From Elusimicrobiota bacterium (GTDB lineage Bacteria > Elusimicrobiota > Elusimicrobia > UBA1565): a stretch of 33,973 bases of DNA. Shown here piece after piece: positions 8,940-16,937 of the stretch. Numbering within the stretch: the stretch's first letter is position 1; each line of letters starts with the position of its first letter. The position numbers were made by a program, and so were the translations under genes. The DNA lies in contig JBDREN010000121.1 of NCBI GenBank assembly GCA_043819795.1, positions 1-33,973 on the forward strand, written 5' to 3'. Below the pieces are notes generated by a model that saw only the letters and a program-made list of their open reading frames with translations, made no database searches and was not told the DNA's origin.

Positions 8940-9417
8940 CGCCTTTCCCCCCCTCCGGAGAGCTCACCCTGCGGAGCGCCTCCTCTATCTTCACGTAGCC
9001 CGTGCAGCGGCAGAGCACGCCGTCCATGTGCTCCTTGAGCTTGCTCTCGCTCGGATGCGGGTCCTTGTCGAGCAGGGCCTTGGCGGACATGACCATCCCG
9101 GGGGTGCAGAATCCGCACTGGACCGCGCCCTCCTCGGCCAGCGCTTTCTGGAACGGGTGCGGGCGGTCGAAGTCTCCGACGCTCTCCACGGTCCGGACGT
9201 CCCTGCCCTCGGCCTGGAAGGCGTGCAGGATGCAGGAGTACACGGCCCGGCCGTCCATGATCACGGTGCAGCATCCGCAGCTGCCGTCCTCGCAGCCCTT
9301 CTTGACGCCCTTGAAGCCCGACCGCCTGAGCAGGCCCAGCAGCCTCTCGTCCGGCAAGCAAAGGAACTGGCGCTCCTCGCCGTTGAGCGTGAACCGGATG
9401 ATCCTTTTCTCAGCCAT
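8929..9417 (-). CDS. Xanthine dehydrogenase-family [2Fe-2S] subunit
   Basis: GCEDGSCGCCTV...YSC and QCGFCTPG...CRCTGY motifs. Overlaps both neighbours. Confidence 0.93.
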   Translation of the reverse strand: MAEKRIIRFTLNGEERQFLCLPDERLLGLLRRSGFKGVKKGCEDGSCGCCTVIMDGRAVYSCILHAFQAEGRDVRTVESVGDFDRPHPFQKALAEEGAVQCGFCTPGMVMSAKALLDKDPHPSESKLKEHMDGVLCRCTGYVKIEEALRRVSSPEGGKGDGR

Positions 9418-10288
9418 TGAAGCCCTCCCCGGCGCCCATTGCCGACGCCTCGGCCGCGGCGTCCGCGATCGCGTCGCGCACCGTGACGACCGCGAGCCTG
9501 CCCGCGTACTCGTCGGACAAGCCCCATTGCCCCCGCCACTCGATCCCGGCGGCGCCCTCGGCGACCTCCTTCAAGAAAGCGTCCTCCCCGAGGGCCTTTC
9601 TCCGGACCGCCCGGCCCGTCAGGAGCTTCTCGACCTTTTCCAGGCGCCGCGGGAAGGGGAGCGCGGCGCCCACCGCGGCGCGGACCCGCTTGATCTTGTT
9701 GCCGTCGAGCTCGACCGCGGCCGCGGCCGTGGCCGCGCTGAAGTCGGCGGCGGTGCGCACCTCCTTGCGGTAGCCGAACCCCGCGCCCCCGGGCAAGCGC
9801 CCGACCCTGACCGAGGTCAGGATGGCCCCGTCCTTGAAGAACCGGTGCGGCGGCGACGACAGGTACTCCGCCCCATCGATGACCCGCTCGTCGTCGCCCT
9901 TGACGGTCATCGCGCAGTCGAGCGCGAGCAGGGCGACCGGAAAATCGTTCCACCTGAAGATCCTCGCCAGGTTGCCGCCGAGCGTGGAGATGTTCCTGAC
10001 CTGTTGAGTGGAGAAAAGGCGGGCGACTCGGTCCAGGACCCAGCCCTCGGCCCGGAACTCGGCGAGGTCCGCTATCCGGGTCCCCGAGCCGATCGAGAAC
10101 CCGTCGGGATCCTCCGCGATCCCCTCAAGCCCCAGCCGGCTTATGTCCACCGCCGTCCGGCTTCCCTTGCCCTTCTGGAAGACGAGCGATGTCCCCCCGG
10201 CCACGAGATACGCCGATTCCCCGAGCTCTTTGAGGATCGCTCCGGCGTCCTCCAATCGCTCCGGGATCCTAAAATCGCTGAATTTCAT
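9410..10288 (-). CDS. Xanthine dehydrogenase-family FAD-binding subunit (YgfM/CoxM-like)
   Basis: VAGGTSL and QVRNISTLGGNL motifs. True start is MKFSDF after a GAGGAG SD. The ORF-track extension overlaps the upstream gene. Confidence 0.88.
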   Translation of the reverse strand: MKFSDFRIPERLEDAGAILKELGESAYLVAGGTSLVFQKGKGSRTAVDISRLGLEGIAEDPDGFSIGSGTRIADLAEFRAEGWVLDRVARLFSTQQVRNISTLGGNLARIFRWNDFPVALLALDCAMTVKGDDERVIDGAEYLSSPPHRFFKDGAILTSVRVGRLPGGAGFGYRKEVRTAADFSAATAAAAVELDGNKIKRVRAAVGAALPFPRRLEKVEKLLTGRAVRRKALGEDAFLKEVAEGAAGIEWRGQWGLSDEYAGRLAVVTVRDAIADAAAEASAMGAGEGFNG

Positions 10289-10298
10289 CCTTTCCTCC

Positions 10299-11690
10299 TC
10301 AATGGTAAGAGATCTTCCGCTTCTTCTCCGCCGCCTCGACCATCCTGGCGGACACCGCGTTGGCCTTATGGAAGAGAGCCTCCTCATCGAGCCCTTCGAG
10401 CCGCCCGTCCCGGACGAGGACCTTGCCCGCCACCACCGTGAGATCCGCCCGCTGGCCAGACCCGCAGAAGAGCACGGCCGAGGCCGGGTCGTGCATGGCG
10501 CCCGCGAAATCGATCCGGTCGAGGCGGAAGAGGGCCAGGTCGGCCGCGCTCCCCGGCTCGAGCACGCCGAGCTCGGGATGCCCGAGGACCGCGGCCCCGC
10601 CCCTGGTGGCCATCTCCAGCACGCGCCGGGGCGGCATCGCGTCCACCGCGGTCCCGACCCTGTGGACCAGAAGGGCCGTCTGCATCTCCCTGAGCATGCC
10701 CGAGGAGTCGTTGCTGGCGCTCCCGTCAACGGCGAGGCCGACCCTGACGCCCGCCTCGAGCATCTTGGGGATTCGGGCGATGCCCGAGCCCAGACGCAGG
10801 TTCGAGACCGGACAATGGGCGATCCCCGTCCCCGTCTCCGCCAGACGCTTGACCTCGTCGTCGTTGAAGTAGATCCCGTGCGCGAACCAGACGTCCCGGC
10901 CCACCCACCCGGTCTTCTCCATGTACTCGAGGGGCCGCATGCCCAGGGTATCGAGGCAGTAGCGCTCCTCGTCCTTCGTCTCGCACAGGTGCGTATGGAG
11001 CAGCACGCCCTTCTCCCTGGCGAAGCGGGCGGTCTCCTCGAGGAGCTCGGTGGTCACCGAGAAGGGCGAGCAGGGAGCCAGGGCGATCCTGCACATCGCG
11101 AAAGGCTCGGGGTCGTGATATTTGGCGATCAGCCTCTCGCAGTCGCGGAGGATGGTCTCCGGGTCCTGCACCACGTCGTCGGGAGGAAGCCCGCCCTCCG
11201 ACCTGCCCCGGCTCATGCTCCCGCGCGTGGGATGGAAGCGGATCCCCATCTCCAGCGCGGCCTCGATCTCGACGTCGAGCAGCTCCTTCGAGACGTCGCT
11301 CGGGAAGAGGTAGAAGTGGTCCGTCGTGGTCGTGCACCCGGAAAGAAGCAGCTCCCCCACGCCCACCCGGGTGCCGATGGCCACGGCTTCCGGACTCATC
11401 TCGCGCCAGACCTCGTAGAGGTCCACGAGCCAGTCGAAAAGCTTGGCGTTCTGGACCTTCGGGATGTTGCGGGTGAGCGTCTGATAGAGGTGATGGTGGG
11501 TATTGATGAAGCCCGGGTAGACCACCCGGAAGCGGCCGTCGATCACCTCGTCGCCGGGCTCGGGCTTCAGGCCCTTGCCGATGGCCGCCACCTTGCCCTC
11601 CTGCGCGAGGAGGTCCACGTCATGGAGCGGCGCCTCACCTTCGGCCATGGTGACGAGGGTATGGATATTCTTGATCAGAAGCCGGGGCAT
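10299..11690 (-). CDS. Amidohydrolase-family purine deaminase (8-oxoguanine deaminase-like)
   Basis: PGFINTHHHLYQTLTR, APCSPFSV, LHTHLCET, WFAHG, HCPVSNLRLGSG and VDGSASND motifs. Confidence 0.88.
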   Translation of the reverse strand: MPRLLIKNIHTLVTMAEGEAPLHDVDLLAQEGKVAAIGKGLKPEPGDEVIDGRFRVVYPGFINTHHHLYQTLTRNIPKVQNAKLFDWLVDLYEVWREMSPEAVAIGTRVGVGELLLSGCTTTTDHFYLFPSDVSKELLDVEIEAALEMGIRFHPTRGSMSRGRSEGGLPPDDVVQDPETILRDCERLIAKYHDPEPFAMCRIALAPCSPFSVTTELLEETARFAREKGVLLHTHLCETKDEERYCLDTLGMRPLEYMEKTGWVGRDVWFAHGIYFNDDEVKRLAETGTGIAHCPVSNLRLGSGIARIPKMLEAGVRVGLAVDGSASNDSSGMLREMQTALLVHRVGTAVDAMPPRRVLEMATRGGAAVLGHPELGVLEPGSAADLALFRLDRIDFAGAMHDPASAVLFCGSGQRADLTVVAGKVLVRDGRLEGLDEEALFHKANAVSARMVEAAEKKRKISYH

Positions 11691-11800
11691 TTTCGTTCCT
11701 CAAACAATAATACGGCAGAGGCAAGCGCAAGGATTTTGCCAAAAAGCGGGCGTCTAGGCAATATGATAAAGTGTCCGTGTCCGCTCGGGAGGAAGACGCG

Positions 11801-12547
11801 ATGGGTATGGTATTGTCCGAACGGGAGCTAGAACGCTACGACCGGCAGCTGATGATGGGGGAGATCGGCGCCGCGGGCCAGGAGAAGCTCCGGAAGGCGC
11901 GGATCGCCGTGGTCGGCGTCGGCGGCCTGGGCTCCTCCGCGGCCGCCTACCTGACGGCCGCGGGCGTGGGCCGCATCACGCTCGTGGATCCCGATAAGGT
12001 GGAGCTATCCAACCTCAATAGGCAGATCCTGCACGGCGAGGGCGACATCGGGAGGCCCAAGGTCGATTCCGCCTGCGACAGCCTTAAAGCGCTCAACGGC
12101 GGCGTCGACATCGTCAAGCTGGAGCGCAAGCTTACGCGGGACAACGCGGCCGAGCTCCTCGCGGAGGCCGACGCGCTGGTCGACGGCCTCGACAACTTCG
12201 CGGCCCGATTCGTCCTCAACGAGGCGGCGGCGAAGCTCCGCAAGCCCTACTTCCACGGGGCCTGCCGGGGCTTCGAGGGAAGGGTAATGACCGTCCTTCC
12301 CGGCGAGACCGCTTGCCTGAGATGCGTGTTTCCCACGGACCCGCCGGAGCAGATGTGCCCCGTCCTGGGCACGACCCCCGGGATCATCGGGACCATGTTG
12401 GCCATGGAAGCAATCAAGCATCTGACCGGCGCGGGGGACCTCTTGGCCGGCAGGCTTCTGATCTTCGACGGAAAAAGCTGGGAGTCCCGGCTGATCCGCG
12501 TGCCGAAGGACCCGGCCTGCCCCGTCTGCGGAGGAGGCCCTCGATGA
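11801..12547 (+). CDS. ThiF/MoeB-family E1-like adenylyltransferase
   Basis: RYDRQ, GVGGLG, VELSNLNRQ, DGLDNF, and Zn pairs CLRC/CPVC. GGAGG SD before ATG 11801. Confidence 0.92.
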   Translation: MGMVLSERELERYDRQLMMGEIGAAGQEKLRKARIAVVGVGGLGSSAAAYLTAAGVGRITLVDPDKVELSNLNRQILHGEGDIGRPKVDSACDSLKALNGGVDIVKLERKLTRDNAAELLAEADALVDGLDNFAARFVLNEAAAKLRKPYFHGACRGFEGRVMTVLPGETACLRCVFPTDPPEQMCPVLGTTPGIIGTMLAMEAIKHLTGAGDLLAGRLLIFDGKSWESRLIRVPKDPACPVCGGGPR

Positions 12548-12777
12548 AGGTCGACATCAAGATCATCGGGACGCTCATCCGGCCCTTCGGGAAAGACGTC
12601 TTCCGGCACGAGTGCGCGGGGGGCGCGACCCTGCTCGACCTGCTCCGCGACCTGAACTACAGTGAACGCCACATCCCGCACATCATGGCGTCCGTGAACG
12701 GCGAGCTCAAGCACCACGACGCCGTCATAAACGACGACGACGCGGTCACGCTCTCGGTCACGGTCGGAGGAGGCTAG
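12544..12777 (+). CDS. ThiS/MoaD-family ubiquitin-like sulfur carrier (77 aa)
   Basis: MKVDIKIIG...SVNGEL...VTVGGG-stop. ATGA overlap with the E1 gene. Confidence 0.88.
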   Translation: MKVDIKIIGTLIRPFGKDVFRHECAGGATLLDLLRDLNYSERHIPHIMASVNGELKHHDAVINDDDAVTLSVTVGGG

Positions 12778-12781
12778 CAGC

Positions 12782-14998
12782 ATGCCGACCACCCAGGCCC
12801 TCGACAGGATCGCCATCCGCGTCAGGTCGCACAAGCTCCTCAAGCAGCTGCTCCGGGAGAACCCAAAGCTCGAGGAGATCATGCGCAACGCCAAGAACGA
12901 GACGGAGGCGCTCGTGGGGGTGCGGGACTGGATCCTGACCGAGCACGTATCGAGCCCCGACGTCCTGAAGTTCTACAAGCGCGAGCGCGCCGGGCGGGAA
13001 GCGTTCGAAGCCCTGCAGTGGAGCGACTTCGCGGCCATCCGCGTCCTCGACTACATCGACAACGCCGGCAGGGAGTTCCTGGACCTCAACCTGAGGGGCG
13101 AGATCGCGGTGAGCAACCCCATCAGGCTCATCTGGCTCGCGGTCACTTACGGCACGGGCGGGGCGAAGCCCTTCTTCTTCGAGGACATGCTCCACCTCTT
13201 CCGGCAACTCACCGGCAGGAGCCGGCGGGCGATGCCGTCGCGGGCCGAGCTGGAGGAGTGGATGAAGCGCTATCCCTCCGGGCTGGACGCCCGGATCGTC
13301 AAGCTCCGTGAGGAGAACCGCGAAAGGATCATCGACTTGATCATCGACAGGATCGACAACGGGGTCTTCAAAAGCGCGCGGTTCAAGTTCAAGCCGGGCA
13401 TGTCGCGCGAGCAGAAGTTCCTGAAGGTTTCGGAGTGGTGGGACGACGGCACCTTCCATCTCCAGTTCGCGGTCCGCTCCCCCTCGCTGCTCAATGAGAT
13501 GCTCGGCATGTCCCTGGACCCCGACACCATGAAGATACTGGAAGACGCCGAGCGCGCGGGCATCCCGTTCTTCGTCAATCCCTACTACCTCTCCCTTCTG
13601 CACGTCCGGGTGCCCTACTTCGCGATCGGGGCGGATCTGGCGATCCGGGACTACGTCGTCTACAGCAAGCAGCTCGTCGAAGAGTTCGGGCATATCGTCG
13701 CCTGGGAGAAGGAAGACGTCGTCGAGCCCGGCAAGCCCAACGCGGCCGGGTGGCTGCTCCCCTCCGCCCACAACATCCACAGGCGCTACCCCGAGGTCGC
13801 CATCCTCATCCCCGACACCACCGGCCGCGCCTGCGGCGGCCTATGCTCGAGCTGCCAGCGCATGTCCGAATTCCAGAGCGGGCGCCTCAACTTCAACCTC
13901 GACGCCCTCGCTCCCAAGAGGTCCTGGCCCCGGAAGCTGGCCAAGCTCATGCGGTACTTCGAGAAGGACGCGCAGCTCCGGGACATCCTGATCACCGGCG
14001 GCGACGCCCTCATGAGCTCCGACGACGACATGGCCCTGCTGCTCGACGCGGTCTACGAGATGGCCCGCAGGAAGAAGAAGGCCAACGAGCGCCGGAAGCC
14101 CGGCAAGAAGCACGCCGAGCTCGTGCGGGTGCGGCTCGGCACCCGCCTGCCCGTTTACCTTCCGCAGCGGATCACCCCCGCGCTCGCGAAGATCTTGTCC
14201 GACTTCCGGAAGCGCGCGTCGAAGATCGGGGTCAAGCAGTTCGTCGTGCAGACCCATTTCCAGTCCCCCATGGAGGTCACTCCCGAAGCCCGGGAGGCGG
14301 TCCGGAGGCTGCTGTCGGCGGGCTGGATGGTCGCCAACCAGCTCGTCTTCTCGAGCGCGGCATCGAGGAGAGGGCATACCGCCAAGCTCAGGCGGGTCCT
14401 CAACAAGATCGGGGTCCTTCCGTACTACGCCTTCACGGTCAAGGGCTACATGGAGAACTACCACAACTTCGCGCCCAACGCCAGGACCGTGCAGGAGCAG
14501 GTGGAGGAGAAGTCCATCGGGAGCGTCCCCGAGAAGCACTATCCGACGCTCGAGAAGCTGCCGCTCGCGCCGGAGCGCGCCGTCGAAAACATCGCGAAGC
14601 TGCGCAAGGAGGCGGACCTTCCGTTCCTCGCCACGGACCGGAACGTATTGAACCTGCCCGCCGTCGGCAAAAGCCTTACCTTCCGGGTCATCGGGATCAC
14701 GCGCTACGGAAGGCGGATCCTCGAGTTCGACCACGACGCCACCCGCGTGCACAGCCCCGTCATCGAGAAGACGGGCAAGATCGTCGTCATCGAATCGAAG
14801 TCCATAAGCGAGTATTTGGAGCAGCTCAAGGACATCGGCGAGGACGCCGCCGAGTACGAAGGGCTCTACGGATACTCGATCGGCGTGACCGAGCCCCGGC
14901 TGCCGGTGTACGAATACCCGCCCTACGGCTACAAGGTCACCAAGGACGTCTCGAACCTCGACCTGAGAGCGTACGAAGCGGAAGCGGCGAGTTCCTAG
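12782..14998 (+). CDS. Long-form KamA-family radical SAM protein (aminomutase-like, substrate unknown)
   Basis: HRRYP, CGGLCSSC (CxxxCxxC), ILITGGDAL, GTRLPVYLPQRIT, QTHF, NQ and GVLPYY motifs, with a probable PLP lysine in LPAVGK. Large N-terminal extension. Confidence 0.88.
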   Translation: MPTTQALDRIAIRVRSHKLLKQLLRENPKLEEIMRNAKNETEALVGVRDWILTEHVSSPDVLKFYKRERAGREAFEALQWSDFAAIRVLDYIDNAGREFLDLNLRGEIAVSNPIRLIWLAVTYGTGGAKPFFFEDMLHLFRQLTGRSRRAMPSRAELEEWMKRYPSGLDARIVKLREENRERIIDLIIDRIDNGVFKSARFKFKPGMSREQKFLKVSEWWDDGTFHLQFAVRSPSLLNEMLGMSLDPDTMKILEDAERAGIPFFVNPYYLSLLHVRVPYFAIGADLAIRDYVVYSKQLVEEFGHIVAWEKEDVVEPGKPNAAGWLLPSAHNIHRRYPEVAILIPDTTGRACGGLCSSCQRMSEFQSGRLNFNLDALAPKRSWPRKLAKLMRYFEKDAQLRDILITGGDALMSSDDDMALLLDAVYEMARRKKKANERRKPGKKHAELVRVRLGTRLPVYLPQRITPALAKILSDFRKRASKIGVKQFVVQTHFQSPMEVTPEAREAVRRLLSAGWMVANQLVFSSAASRRGHTAKLRRVLNKIGVLPYYAFTVKGYMENYHNFAPNARTVQEQVEEKSIGSVPEKHYPTLEKLPLAPERAVENIAKLRKEADLPFLATDRNVLNLPAVGKSLTFRVIGITRYGRRILEFDHDATRVHSPVIEKTGKIVVIESKSISEYLEQLKDIGEDAAEYEGLYGYSIGVTEPRLPVYEYPPYGYKVTKDVSNLDLRAYEAEAASS

Positions 14999-15056
14999 AC
15001 GGGCGCTGCAGGCGGGCGGACGGCCATCCCTTTCGCGGCCCTTCGCGGCCGCCGGC

Positions 15057-15233
15057 TTATTCCTCGGAGCCCTTGCGCGGCCACGTCTTCCAGATGGCGT
15101 ACAGGAAGAACGGGAACAGCAGGATGATCATCCAATGGTGCACTTGATCGGAAGGCCTGCCCAGCAGGTAGGGCAGCGCCAGGCCCGCGAGCGCCGCGAC
15201 CACGACAACGGTGGGAATAATCTTGTAGATCAT
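15057..15233 (-). CDS. Small two-TM membrane protein (58 aa)
   Basis: MIYKIIPTVVVVAALAGLALPYLL...WMIILLFPFFLYAIWK. Fills the intergenic gap. Confidence 0.6.
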   Translation of the reverse strand: MIYKIIPTVVVVAALAGLALPYLLGRPSDQVHHWMIILLFPFFLYAIWKTWPRKGSEE

Positions 15234-15301
15234 CTCCGGTCCCGGTAAAGCATAGCCCAAAAAGCCCCTGGAACGCCAGGGACAGATTGGGACCGCCCGC
15301 C

Positions 15302-15331
15302 TTGCGATTTTCCCCCTATTTGCCGTATACT
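15302..15331 (+). promoter_or_regulatory. Putative sigma70 promoter
   Basis: TTGCGA-N18-TATACT. Implies that the downstream gene starts at GTG 15417 rather than ATG 15333. Confidence 0.55.
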
Positions 15332-15416
15332 CATGGCGGATGCCCCTCCCGAAACGGAGGGCCCTGAAGCCGGCGGCGCGCCGTCCAGGCGCCGGGCGGA
15401 GGAGGAACGCGACAAA

Positions 15417-15752
15417 GTGGCCCATTGCCCGAAGTGCAAGTTCATCGACATAAACGAGATAGACTCCGGCCTCGGCTGCATGATCGACGAGTGCCCCGAG
15501 TGCGGCGGACGCTGGTTCGACTTAGGCGAGCTGGAGAAAATCGCCGAGCACCCCGAAAAGCTCCGCGAGGCCATCGAGTCCGGCCCGATCAAGCCCCGCG
15601 AGTCCGAGCGGGAATGCCCCCGCTGCGAGAACAAGCTGGTCAACGCGGGATTGATCAACCAGTTCCTTCGCGCGGACTTCTGCGCCCAGTGCAGTGGCAT
15701 CTGGCTCGACAAGCACGAGCTGACCCTGGTCGACAAGCTGCTGGCGGCTTGA
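15417..15752 (+). CDS. Tandem zf-TFIIB-type zinc-ribbon protein
   Basis: Two CPxC...CxxCxGxW(F/L)DxxEL units. GGAGG SD precedes GTG 15417. Alternative start at 15333. Confidence 0.8.
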   Translation: MAHCPKCKFIDINEIDSGLGCMIDECPECGGRWFDLGELEKIAEHPEKLREAIESGPIKPRESERECPRCENKLVNAGLINQFLRADFCAQCSGIWLDKHELTLVDKLLAA

Positions 15753-15755
15753 AGT

Positions 15756-15790
15756 CCAGCGCACCAAGCGCGACGCGCTTGGTGCGCTGG
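15756..15790. repeat. Perfect palindrome with 17-bp arms (hairpin, possible terminator)
   Basis: CCAGCGCACCAAGCGCG-A-CGCGCTTGGTGCGCTGG, 3 nt after the stop codon. Confidence 0.8.
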
Positions 15791-16024
15791 CAGCCCTCGT
15801 TCGTCAGGGCCCTCCGCCCACCTGTCGCACCCTTCGCTGCGCTCAGGGCTGAAGCCTCGCTGCGAAAGGAAGGCCTCTCCGCTCGGTGCTCTCCCTGGGG
15901 GCTTCCGCCCCCTCGGGCCCGCAAGACCTACATCGCCTGAGTGGGCCTTGCGGGTCACCCCCACTGAGGTCGGCGGGCCATGCCGCCGCCCAATAGGCCG
16001 GACCTGAGCCGCCCTAGAGCCTGA

Positions 16025-16053
16025 TTGAATCGGGCAACTCCATGTGGTATCTT
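16025..16053 (+). promoter_or_regulatory. Putative sigma70 promoter of elbB
   Basis: TTGAAT-N17-TATCTT with a TG extension. Confidence 0.6.
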
Positions 16054-16094
16054 GTTGATAGAAGAAAATCCGTGCCTTTCAGGAGGCTTCTCCC

Positions 16095-16769
16095 ATGACG
16101 AAGATCGGCGTCATCCTTTCAGGCTGCGGCGTCAACGACGGCGCCGAGATCCACGAATCGGTCTCCACCCTTCTGGCCATCGACCGCGCGGGCGCCAAAG
16201 CCGTTTGCATGGCCCCCGACATCGCGCAGGCCGACGTCGTCAACCACCTGACCGGCCAGACCGCCGACGAGAAGAGGAACGTCCTCGTCGAGTCGGCGCG
16301 CATCGCCCGGGGCGACATCCGCGACATCCGCGACGTAAAGGTCGAGGATATCGACGCGGTCGTGCTTCCGGGAGGCTTCGGCGCGGCCAAGAACCTTTCG
16401 TCTTTCGCCAAGGACGGCCCCGGCTGCACGGTCAACGAGGACGTCGCCCGGCTTTTGAAGGACATGCAGGCGGCCGGCAAGCCCATCGGGGCTCTGTGCA
16501 TCGCCCCGGCGGTGCTCGCCAAAGCGCTGGGCTCGATCGGACCCGAGCTCACGATCGGCACCGACGCGGGCACGGCCAAGGCCCTCGAAGCTATGGGCGC
16601 CAAGCACAAGGACTGCCAGGCGACCGGCGTCGTCGTCGACGAAAAGGCCAAGATCGTAACGACGCCGGCCTACATGCTGGCCGGCCGGATCTCCGAGGTA
16701 TTCGCCGGGGCCGAGAAGCTCGTAAAAAAGATCGTCGAGCTGGCCGAGAAGAGCGTCGCGGCGGCCTGA
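16095..16769 (+). CDS. elbB: ElbB glyoxalase (DJ-1/PfpI superfamily)
   Basis: VILSGCGVNDGAEIHE, RNVLVESARIARG, PGGFGAAKNL, CIAP and TTPAYML motifs. AGGAGG SD. Confidence 0.93.
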   Translation: MTKIGVILSGCGVNDGAEIHESVSTLLAIDRAGAKAVCMAPDIAQADVVNHLTGQTADEKRNVLVESARIARGDIRDIRDVKVEDIDAVVLPGGFGAAKNLSSFAKDGPGCTVNEDVARLLKDMQAAGKPIGALCIAPAVLAKALGSIGPELTIGTDAGTAKALEAMGAKHKDCQATGVVVDEKAKIVTTPAYMLAGRISEVFAGAEKLVKKIVELAEKSVAAA

Positions 16770-16937
16770 TATAGCCTCGCGAAACGGCAAGCCGAAAACC
16801 CGATTTCTCCGGAGGGCGGCATCCCTCCCTCCGCGAGTCGTGATGTTATGCGCCGAAGGCGGATGAGGGCGATACTTGTCTAGCCGACGGACCACCGGCA
16901 CGGGCACGCCTGTCCGGCTTCGGCGAGGAGGCAACGG

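Noticed and set aside
6612..11690. Selenocysteine recoding in the Mo-enzyme operon
   Set aside because: All four reading frames are complete without in-frame TGA.
2102..11831. Long plus-strand ORFs (2102-3778, 3591-4949, 6606-9038, 9002-10441, 10008-11831)
   Set aside because: Antisense shadows of well-supported minus-strand genes in high-GC DNA, with no family motifs.
12782..14998. Calling the radical-SAM gene kamA or epmB
   Set aside because: Its length, motif deviations and lack of kamDE or efp context do not support a specific symbol.
13750..15147. Overlapping Arg-rich alternative-frame ORFs (also 20541-21623)
   Set aside because: Typical off-frame products of GC-rich coding DNA.
15850..16020. 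SRP RNA, 6S RNA or tRNA
   Set aside because: Only fragments such as TCAGGTCCGG are present, with no GGAAGGAAGCAG loop or cloverleaf. Kept only as an unassigned structured tract.
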